The notes under the pieces are model-generated. The model saw nothing but the letters and a program-made list of their open reading frames with translations, was not told the origin of the DNA and did no database searches. DNA of 33,555 bases from Gammaproteobacteria bacterium (GTDB lineage Bacteria; Pseudomonadota; Gammaproteobacteria; JBGSLN01). Shown one piece after another: positions 27,222 through 33,555 of this stretch. Each line of letters begins with the position of its first letter. Position 1 is the stretch's first letter. Location of the stretch: NCBI GenBank assembly GCA_041740675.1, contig JBGSLN010000171.1, forward strand, positions 1-33,555, written 5' to 3'. Both the position numbers and the translations under genes were made by a program.

Positions 27222-27809
27222 TTAATCGCCTTTATCTAATTTAATCAAAGAATCATTTAATGTCTTAAGTGCAAGCCCATACAAATATGAATCACCTTCC
27301 GTAAGAACTTGCAATAAGTTTGCTTTTTCATGCAAGTATACTTTTGCAAATTCAGGATCATGTTTAACAATTGTTGATGTATTTGAAATTAAATCAGCAA
27401 GTTTAATAGTTTTTGCTTCTGGAGGTGCTTTAGCGATATGTTCTAAATCAATAAATTTTCGTGCTGTTCTATTGCCGTCGGATGGTTTTGAAATATCTGT
27501 AAGATAATAAACTAAAGTAGCGACTTCTTCTCCGAAATGTTTTTGAATATCCCTTAACTCTATTTTTGTATCTTCTACCACATCATGTAACAAGGCTGCG
27601 GCTAGCATCTTATGGTTATCGGTAACGTTCCTTACTAAATCACAAACTTCAAGAGGATGAACAATGTAAGGCTCATTAGTATATTTACGTAATTGTCCCA
27701 CCGCTGCATGAGCTGCAGTTGCAAAAGTTTCTGCTTTCCCAACAAATTCGTGTTTATATTTAGAGAATGCATGATCAGCAATCATCTTTGGGTAGTCACT
27801 TATATTCAT
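27222..27809 (-). CDS. HD-domain hydrolase, RelA/SpoT/Mesh1-like small alarmone hydrolase
   Basis: AH...Q.RK...EPYI.HP.EV, AALLHDVVEDT, LTD, IKLAD..SN. Confidence 0.88.
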   Translation of the reverse strand: MNISDYPKMIADHAFSKYKHEFVGKAETFATAAHAAVGQLRKYTNEPYIVHPLEVCDLVRNVTDNHKMLAAALLHDVVEDTKIELRDIQKHFGEEVATLVYYLTDISKPSDGNRTARKFIDLEHIAKAPPEAKTIKLADLISNTSTIVKHDPEFAKVYLHEKANLLQVLTEGDSYLYGLALKTLNDSLIKLDKGD

Positions 27810-27847
27810 AATAACTCATTAATTGTTTTTGTTGCTTATTTTTTTAT

Positions 27848-28174
27848 TTACTTCTTTTGTTTTCTGCTTTCATCTAAATACTTTTCAATTGCTATTTTAG
27901 CATTTAAAAATCCGAAATAAAAATCTGCATGATAGCCGCGTTCTCGCATATGTTTGATAAAGTTGTTGTGATAGGCAGTTGGCTTTTGAGATTTAGCTAA
28001 TAAAATAATAAACATACCGTAGTATTGTTCATTCGCAATAGCAAGCATAAACAAGCTAAATCCTTTTTTAAAGAAATAGGACTTGCACTTTAATTCCAAT
28101 AATTTTTTTTCAACAATAGGATGTTTGTTAAAATAGTCTTTCAGATAAATATTTTCAAATTCTTCCGGCTTCAT
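27848..28174 (-). CDS. Degenerate VRR-NUC-like protein
   Basis: Y.G.FI....K....T.....F...M...GY......G...A...I..YL scaffold, without the PD and ExK catalytic residues. Confidence 0.55.
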   Translation of the reverse strand: MKPEEFENIYLKDYFNKHPIVEKKLLELKCKSYFFKKGFSLFMLAIANEQYYGMFIILLAKSQKPTAYHNNFIKHMRERGYHADFYFGFLNAKIAIEKYLDESRKQKK

Positions 28175-28425
28175 AATATACCACTTTGACTTTCATAATG
28201 CTTCTTACAAAACTCAACAAACTCTTTCTGGTGCTTTTCGCTATTATCTTTCCACCGGTTATACACAAAAGAAAAATGACGTACGACAAGCTCACCTTTT
28301 TCATTAATTTTATAACTTAATTTTTGACGTCTTCTTTTATTAACTGTATATGTAACTTCAACCCATGTTTCAGAATTATTTATGTTGTTGTTAAACATTT
28401 TTATCTCTCCATTCTGAAACCACAT
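28171..28425 (-). CDS. Hypothetical phage protein
   Basis: ORF coupled to neighbours; start may be the internal MFNN. Confidence 0.6.
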   Translation of the reverse strand: MWFQNGEIKMFNNNINNSETWVEVTYTVNKRRRQKLSYKINEKGELVVRHFSFVYNRWKDNSEKHQKEFVEFCKKHYESQSGIL

Positions 28426-28729
28426 AATTTCCCAATTCAGAACAAAACCCGTTTTCCTTTAACCAAAATACATCATGGCAATTATCTCCAATAGGTATCA
28501 TTCTACAACTCGAACCTTCATCTTCATCATCTTTAAAAACACATACTAATTTTTCACCATTTATAGCCTTATAAAACTTCCCTACTTCTATTTTTAGTTC
28601 TTTGATTTCGTGTTTTTTTAAAAAATATACTATCGCTTCAGCCCAATAGTCATTTAGTGAATCACCAGAATTAAACTTTGAAAAATAGATAAAATTAGTT
28701 AACTCTTCTTGGCTAATTTCATATTTCAT
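28391..28729 (-). CDS. Hypothetical phage protein
   Basis: ATGA overlap with upstream gene; RBS GAGGGG. Confidence 0.7.
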   Translation of the reverse strand: MKYEISQEELTNFIYFSKFNSGDSLNDYWAEAIVYFLKKHEIKELKIEVGKFYKAINGEKLVCVFKDDEDEGSSCRMIPIGDNCHDVFWLKENGFCSELGNYVVSEWRDKNV

Positions 28730-29232
28730 CTAACCCCCTCACTTAGTTTTAAAGTTGATATTTCTCTTACAACAGCGGGAGCTTTATCGTAAGAAATTTT
28801 ATTTATACTTTTCGCTTCATCTTTAGCAATGGTTTGATACAAATCTATAAAACGATTAGCGGTAAATTGTAATTGAGTTTCTGTTTGCATGGCTAAAGCT
28901 CTAGCGCCTCCCAGCAGCCCTACAACTCGCTGAGTAAACTCATCATCTCCCGCAGAACTTCGTTTTAAATAAACCTGTAAATTCTGCCATGCTTCATGTG
29001 CGGCAATTTTAAAATCACCATCTTTTCTCAAAAATTCAAACACATTCGCCAATCTTGGGAAAAAATTACAACTCGTTATGCATTGGTCTATTGCGTTGGC
29101 AACTTCATGATATTCAAATTCTTTTAATTTTTCCCACCACATCATTAATCGCTCGTTCGAAAATTGCTGCTGATATTCCTCGGTTAATCCGTAAACTAAT
29201 GCTTTGAATTTATTTTGATCGTCAGGTTTCAT
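28726..29232 (-). CDS. Replication accessory / helicase loader-like protein (DUF6475-like)
   Basis: Follows initiator; WW..L......V..A......FFP..A, A..AW, D......V..LGG. Confidence 0.65.
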   Translation of the reverse strand: MKPDDQNKFKALVYGLTEEYQQQFSNERLMMWWEKLKEFEYHEVANAIDQCITSCNFFPRLANVFEFLRKDGDFKIAAHEAWQNLQVYLKRSSAGDDEFTQRVVGLLGGARALAMQTETQLQFTANRFIDLYQTIAKDEAKSINKISYDKAPAVVREISTLKLSEGVR

Positions 29233-30157
29233 TTTTCTTCCAATTTTCTAAATCAATGCTGTTAAAATCTTGTATTGTTTTCTCTCTGCGTAGTTCGTCT
29301 TTAGTTTTTTGTTGAGGACTCCCCTTGTTGAGAAAAACTTTTTTGTATTTTCCTTTCAACACTTCGCTGAACTTTTCTTTGTTGATGAGCCACTCAAAAT
29401 CTGCTTGCCATCCTCGGTTACCTCCACCTAGCAAAAAATCAGTTTGAGCTACGTCGTTAAAAAATTCTTCCCAAAATTGCAAGTCAGGATGCTCTCGCCA
29501 TCGAGCACGCACATTACTTTTTTTGCGGTCTGAAAGTTTTTCAACCCTCTGCAGGCTCGGCAAAATGCGATGATACAACTCGATGATTTTTTCCTGCGGG
29601 CAATGGGAGATTTTTTCGGTATTAATTTTTTCTGAAAGATTTTTTGTTTGTTGCGCGTCAATATCACCGTTAGGTGATATTATTATTTCTTTATCTTTAT
29701 CTTTATCTCCTCTTATCTTATCTGGGGCGTTACACTGCGTTACATTGCGTTTCACTGCGTTACATCGCGTTACACTAACATTAATTTCTTCATTTTCTGG
29801 ATAATTTATAGACAAATCTTGCCTTTTTTCTCGATATTTGTTTACTCTTTGACTAGAATTATCTTCGCGGAGAGGTTGGCGCTTCTCCCATCCTGTAAGT
29901 ATATCTCCATCTAAAACCCTACCTTGCATAGCTCCTAAGACTGCGGTTACATCCTCAATTTCGATATCCAATGCACTAGCAATATCTTCTGCGTTACATT
30001 GCGTTTCACCGCGTTTCACTGCGTTACAGGCAGAAGCGAGCAAATGAATGTAGATTGAAATTACAACACTAATAGATTTTTTAGATACTTTTGATATGGT
30101 TCGCCATTTTGGATCGTTTGGCATATCGTTCCATAATCTTATCCATTGATTTGCCAT
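29222..30157 (-). CDS. Phage replication initiator (O-like)
   Basis: W.RLW.DMP.DPKWRTI...S, GW.KRQ..RED, DKDKDK linker, C-terminal R....RARW...FL.G....W.ADFEWL. Confidence 0.88.
   Translation of the reverse strand: MANQWIRLWNDMPNDPKWRTISKVSKKSISVVISIYIHLLASACNAVKRGETQCNAEDIASALDIEIEDVTAVLGAMQGRVLDGDILTGWEKRQPLREDNSSQRVNKYREKRQDLSINYPENEEINVSVTRCNAVKRNVTQCNAPDKIRGDKDKDKEIIISPNGDIDAQQTKNLSEKINTEKISHCPQEKIIELYHRILPSLQRVEKLSDRKKSNVRARWREHPDLQFWEEFFNDVAQTDFLLGGGNRGWQADFEWLINKEKFSEVLKGKYKKVFLNKGSPQQKTKDELRREKTIQDFNSIDLENWKKNET
29727..29776. repeat. Iteron cluster 1: five tandem 10-bp GCGTT(A/T)CAYY repeats (probable origin)
   Basis: gcgttacact gcgttacatt gcgtttcact gcgttacatc gcgttacact, inside the initiator gene and flanked by AT-rich DNA. 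Confidence 0.8.
29991..30030. repeat. Iteron cluster 2: four tandem 10-bp repeats
   Basis: gcgttacatt gcgtttcacc gcgtttcact gcgttacagg. Confidence 0.75.
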
Positions 30158-30233
30158 TTATATTCCCTCTTATGCTTTGCATTTACCCTACGCATATTTT
30201 CTCGATATTATTTTTATTCCAAAATCTAAACTG

Positions 30234-30309
30234 GTGACAGTTTTCCCCCATGTCGGTATGATGTAATCGTCTAAAATTTTCAACCAACACTCTTTGGGGA
30301 AAACTGTCA
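30234..30309 (+). promoter_or_regulatory. Antisense promoter with perfect 14-bp inverted repeat
   Basis: GTGACA-N17-TATGAT (30234-30262); TGACAGTTTTCCCC (30235-30248) / GGGGAAAACTGTCA (30296-30309). Confidence 0.55.
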
Positions 30310-30334
30310 TGGAACTTAATATATCAGCCTATTT

Positions 30335-30730
30335 TTATAGCCTTTCAATAAACGCTCCTTTACTTTTTCCAAAAAATTCTTTAAAAGCTTCGTAAGTATG
30401 TTTTATTAATTTGTCAAAACTAGGTGCTACTATTACTACGTGTGCGCTACCTTTATTTTTGACATCTATTGAAAAAGTAAGTTCCCATAATTTATTTCTC
30501 TCAATAATTTTTTGCTTTTCTAAAATTGAAGAAAGCGGATATCGAGATAAAACTTCTTCCACACTAAAATGTTTACAAGCATGTGGATTACTTCTTATAA
30601 GGCAACTGGTTTCTAATTTATCTTTAAGAAAATTATTAAACTCTTCTAGTTTTTGTTCAGTAGTTTTCTTAAGAAAAATTTTCATGTGTATGCTCCGACG
30701 GTTTTTAAATTTAATTCTTGCTTTTTCCAT
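30335..30730 (-). CDS. Hypothetical early phage protein
   Basis: ORF co-oriented with the early operon; start uncertain. Confidence 0.55.
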   Translation of the reverse strand: MEKARIKFKNRRSIHMKIFLKKTTEQKLEEFNNFLKDKLETSCLIRSNPHACKHFSVEEVLSRYPLSSILEKQKIIERNKLWELTFSIDVKNKGSAHVVIVAPSFDKLIKHTYEAFKEFFGKSKGAFIERL

Positions 30731-30789
30731 GACGCTTGCTCAGATATAATTTGAATCGCCGAAAACAAATCATAAAATGAGCAAACATC

Positions 30790-31350
30790 ATGGAAAAAAC
30801 TAGAAACTCTAAGACTGCCAGAAAATTTCTTTTTCCAGTTTTAAACAACCTTGCAACATTTTTTATAGAAAAATGGATTCTTTCTCTTGCTAGCGCCTCT
30901 CTGGTAATTAGTTTTTATATTTCTTTTTTCCATTATTCCTTGCACCATTGGCTAAATTATCTCTTATTTACATTACAAGGGGGTGTTATCTTTATATTTT
31001 CGTGCTATGCATATAAAGCGCAAAATAAACTTAGTCGTTATGCAATAAACTTTCCTAATGGTAAACTCGAAAATATCAAAGCAAAGTATGGCCTTTTATG
31101 GAATATAAAAACATTGGATACTTTTTGTCCTTCTAAAAACTGTCATGGGATCATTATTACTACCATTTATCAATTCCCAAATGAGCCAACTTATCAAGTT
31201 CATTGTAGAAAGTGTCGAAAAGATATTCTTCTATATGAATTAGATAATTATGATCTTTTTACTTCCACTTCCTCCAATACTCCTCAAAAAATAAGTTATG
31301 AATCAGCTTTACAAAACATGAAACAAATTTTCAATCACTCCTCCGGATAA
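30790..31350 (+). CDS. Two-TM membrane protein with C-terminal CxxxxC...CxxC zinc ribbon (moron)
   Basis: Two hydrophobic segments, CPSKNC and CRKC; opposite strand to the operon; TATAAT at 30745. Confidence 0.65.
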   Translation: MEKTRNSKTARKFLFPVLNNLATFFIEKWILSLASASLVISFYISFFHYSLHHWLNYLLFTLQGGVIFIFSCYAYKAQNKLSRYAINFPNGKLENIKAKYGLLWNIKTLDTFCPSKNCHGIIITTIYQFPNEPTYQVHCRKCRKDILLYELDNYDLFTSTSSNTPQKISYESALQNMKQIFNHSSG

Positions 31351-31598
31351 ATGTCTGGGCGCAGCTCGTGGCGGGTTGGCGCACCTGGTAAATGTCTTAA
31401 TCCTTTCTCGATTACTAACACATATTCAGCTGGAATTATTCCGCCATCTCTATTTAACCATTGCCAAATATGAACTTGTGTTATTTTTGGATTAACCTCT
31501 TTACAAATTCTAGCTAAAGCAGTTTGACCACCAGCTAATTTAATGCACAGTTCTAAAATCTCTTTTGGAGTTTTACAGCTTATATTCTTATATATCAT
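31335..31598 (-). CDS. cro: Cro-like (YdaS-family) repressor
   Basis: AGGQTALAR......Q..I.QW.....IPA.....IE.......ELRPDIY; divergent from cI. Confidence 0.88.
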   Translation of the reverse strand: MIYKNISCKTPKEILELCIKLAGGQTALARICKEVNPKITQVHIWQWLNRDGGIIPAEYVLVIEKGLRHLPGAPTRHELRPDIYPEE

Positions 31599-31605
31599 GC
31601 CATAA

Positions 31606-31685
31606 ATAATATAACAATAGTTATTTAATTGCAATTATATTTATAACTATATGCATTAGATTATTTATAACAAAAGTTGTAAGCT
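31606..31685. promoter_or_regulatory. Lysis-lysogeny switch: divergent promoters and operators
   Basis: Minus TTGCAA-N17-TATTAT (31634-31606); plus TAGATT-N17-TAAGCT (31657-31685); ATAAC-N4-GTT(A/G)T at 31611-31624 and 31667-31680. Confidence 0.7.
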
Positions 31686-31693
31686 ATGCACCT

Positions 31694-32404
31694 ATGAGTT
31701 TTAAAGAACGACTTAAAAAAGCTAGACAAGCTAAAAACCTTACACAGGCGCAACTTGCGGATTTGTGCGGGCTTACTCAACCAGCAATAACTCGTTTAGA
31801 AAGTGGCGCTGTAAAAGCAACCACATATATTACAAAGCTAGCTGAAGTATTAGACGTAAGCGCTAAATGGCTTGAAGAAGGAGAAGAAGGCGATGACAAG
31901 CTAAATTTTTTAAAGAAACAAAAAGATCAAAATCATGATTATGATTTAATAATGGCGAGGATTGCCCCACATAAAATCCCACTTCTGGAATGGTCGGATT
32001 TCGATATATATAAAACAACTCCCGCCACTTTATTAAGTATAGATGATATATTAAGTATTGTTAGGGAGAAATCACGGATGTTCACCGTTTATTTAGATGA
32101 AAAAGAAGTTAGTTCACGCTTGGCTGCGTTGGTTATTAATAATTTAGACGCTATGAAGCCAATTACTTTCCATGAATGGGCGTTGATGAATGGAAACATT
32201 GTTATTATAGACTTCAATCTAAAACCTCTTCCTGGAGATATTGTATTAGCAAAAGTCAATAACTCTGTTACGGTGCGCCTTTTTGAGATGGATGCTGATA
32301 AGCAAGTATTAAAACCACTTAATACCCAATACCCTATTATCACCGAGAATTTTGAAGTGTTAGGTACCATTATTCAAGTCATAAGAAAAAGGGATGAAAA
32401 ATAA
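31694..32404 (+). CDS. cI: CI-like repressor (XRE HTH plus S24-like domain)
   Basis: RLKKAR....LTQ..LA...G..Q..I..LE.G HTH; IPLL.W, M.P, GDIV.A, LKPLN..YP, V.G.I. Confidence 0.9.
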   Translation: MSFKERLKKARQAKNLTQAQLADLCGLTQPAITRLESGAVKATTYITKLAEVLDVSAKWLEEGEEGDDKLNFLKKQKDQNHDYDLIMARIAPHKIPLLEWSDFDIYKTTPATLLSIDDILSIVREKSRMFTVYLDEKEVSSRLAALVINNLDAMKPITFHEWALMNGNIVIIDFNLKPLPGDIVLAKVNNSVTVRLFEMDADKQVLKPLNTQYPIITENFEVLGTIIQVIRKRDEK

Positions 32405-32691
32405 TGACGGACGAAGAAAAGAAAAATATTCAAACATTAAAAGGCCGCATCGAAAATAAAGAACCCTTAATTTGCTATGAATTCGACCTGCCTTTACGGC
32501 TTTCTAAGGACGAAGCAGGAGGGCTTGTGATTGATTGCCCTTGTATGCATTTGATGGGACAGACTGAGGCTGGGATAGTGAGGGTGCGTTTAACGCCCTT
32601 TGCAGCACATAAACTGAAGGAAGCTCTGGATGAGATTGAAAATACAAAGGATGAGCAAACTTTAAAAGTTTCATCCCCAACTTTTCACTAA
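32404..32691 (+). CDS. Hypothetical protein coupled to cI
   Basis: TAATG overlap with the cI stop. Confidence 0.65.
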   Translation: MTDEEKKNIQTLKGRIENKEPLICYEFDLPLRLSKDEAGGLVIDCPCMHLMGQTEAGIVRVRLTPFAAHKLKEALDEIENTKDEQTLKVSSPTFH

Positions 32692-32818
32692 TGCGTTTAA
32701 TAATACTATTTTGTAACATTATAAAATCCTTAAATTACTGGCAGTATATCACTAATTTTAATAATAAAACTGAAAATTTTGAACTATTAGTCAAATCATA
32801 AAAAAGGGGAATGCAAAT

Positions 32819-33067
32819 ATGGCACTTTTATTTTTATGGATAATAAGTTTCTTTATATATTTTTTGCCAACTTTCTTAGCAAAAGGCAGAAAAGGAGTCG
32901 CAATCTTTGTGTTGAATCTTTTATTAGGATGGACTTTAATAGGATGGATATTCGCATTAGTTTGGGCGTTCACAACAGAACACGAAAAAAAATGTCATAA
33001 TTGTGCAGAGTATATTTTGACGACCACTAAAATTTGCAGATATTGCAATACACAATTACAAAGTTAA
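32819..33067 (+). CDS. Superinfection immunity protein (T4 Imm-like) with zinc ribbon
   Basis: YFLPT.LA.......IF.LNLLLGWT.IGW..ALVWA followed by CxxC...CxxC. Confidence 0.88.
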   Translation: MALLFLWIISFFIYFLPTFLAKGRKGVAIFVLNLLLGWTLIGWIFALVWAFTTEHEKKCHNCAEYILTTTKICRYCNTQLQS

Positions 33068-33143
33068 TAACCTTGAAACCCAAATCATCCCCAACCTGTG
33101 GTCAGTCGCAAATGACTTTCCGGAGTTTATGCGGAGCTAACAC

Positions 33144-33555
33144 ATGAAGTCATATACTTTCAATTTAGATGGTTTTAAAAAGTTTATAGATGAAAAAAAG
33201 GAAGTGATAATTATAATTTCTTTAGGAATAGCATTATTCGGAGGAGGATTAATTATTTTCCTTATAGGAAATTTTTTTTACCATACTCCAGCGACGATTT
33301 CCTCTGTAGTATCATCAGAAACCCTGGCTGCATCGTCTGCCGCATCAAATAACTCCATAGACTCCCTATCTTCAATTTTTTACTTTATTCTTGGAATAAG
33401 CGTCATTACTTTTCAATGGTTGGCAAAACTCCCTTGGGATATTATTATTTTTATTGGGTCTATTTGTCTTTTGTATCATTTATTTTTTGGAGTTAAATTC
33501 AAGGAAATTATAAATAATCAAGGAGAATTAGAAAGTCAAATATCGGATTTAAAAG
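33144..33555 (+). CDS. Multi-TM membrane protein (partial, runs off the window)
   Basis: RBS GGAG; MKSYTFNLDGFKKF...VIIIISLGIALFGGGLIIFLIG...; frame open to the end with about three hydrophobic segments. Confidence 0.7.
   Translation, partial: MKSYTFNLDGFKKFIDEKKEVIIIISLGIALFGGGLIIFLIGNFFYHTPATISSVVSSETLAASSAASNNSIDSLSSIFYFILGISVITFQWLAKLPWDIIIFIGSICLLYHLFFGVKFKEIINNQGELESQISDLK

Larger units (their letters stand above)
813..33555. mobile_element. Temperate myovirus prophage, continuing beyond the right edge
   Basis: Contiguous lysis, tail, head, packaging, replication and cro/cI modules with no obvious disabling lesions in core genes. Confidence 0.95.

Noticed and set aside
29689-29723. 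CTTTAT/CTTAT short tandem repeats
   Set aside because: They encode the ordinary DKDKDK linker of phage initiators.
33105-33118. AGTCGCAAATGACT hairpin as boxB
   Set aside because: Short stem, no boxA nearby and no N-like gene visible.
1-33555. Stop-codon reassignment suggested by the in-frame TAA in peptide B
   Set aside because: All core genes are intact under the standard code and use TAA as a stop.
1-33555. tRNA, rRNA, integrase or IS elements
   Set aside because: None recognisable by eye.

Overview
Most of this AT-rich window (~813 to the right edge) is an apparently intact temperate myovirus prophage, with a Bcep781/BcepB1A-like contractile-tail morphogenesis module and a lambdoid-style control region. 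On the minus strand, right to left: cro-like repressor, replication initiator with iterons, loader-like protein, small early genes, an HD hydrolase, terminase, portal, head genes, connectors, sheath/tube, chaperones with a -1 frameshift, tape measure, baseplate, several fibres, then lysis genes. On the plus strand at the right end are a cI-like repressor and immunity-type genes. No integrase lies in the window. The first ~700 bp look like host DNA: the end of an ankyrin-repeat gene and a secreted Cys-rich protein, suggestive of a Legionellales-like host. The most unusual element is a ~900-bp insert in the late operon (17948-18843). It holds four related single-TM peptide genes interleaved with three predicted plus-strand antisense sRNAs. 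The sRNAs share a promoter type and a three-hairpin fold, with covariation, but little sequence. Other oddities are a second capsid-decoration paralog heading an extra-fibre module whose proteins share a MAINNS N-terminus, a cI-like repressor lacking its catalytic residues, a degenerate VRR-NUC-like protein, and a RelA/SpoT-type hydrolase. All family assignments come from motif recognition by eye, not database searches.
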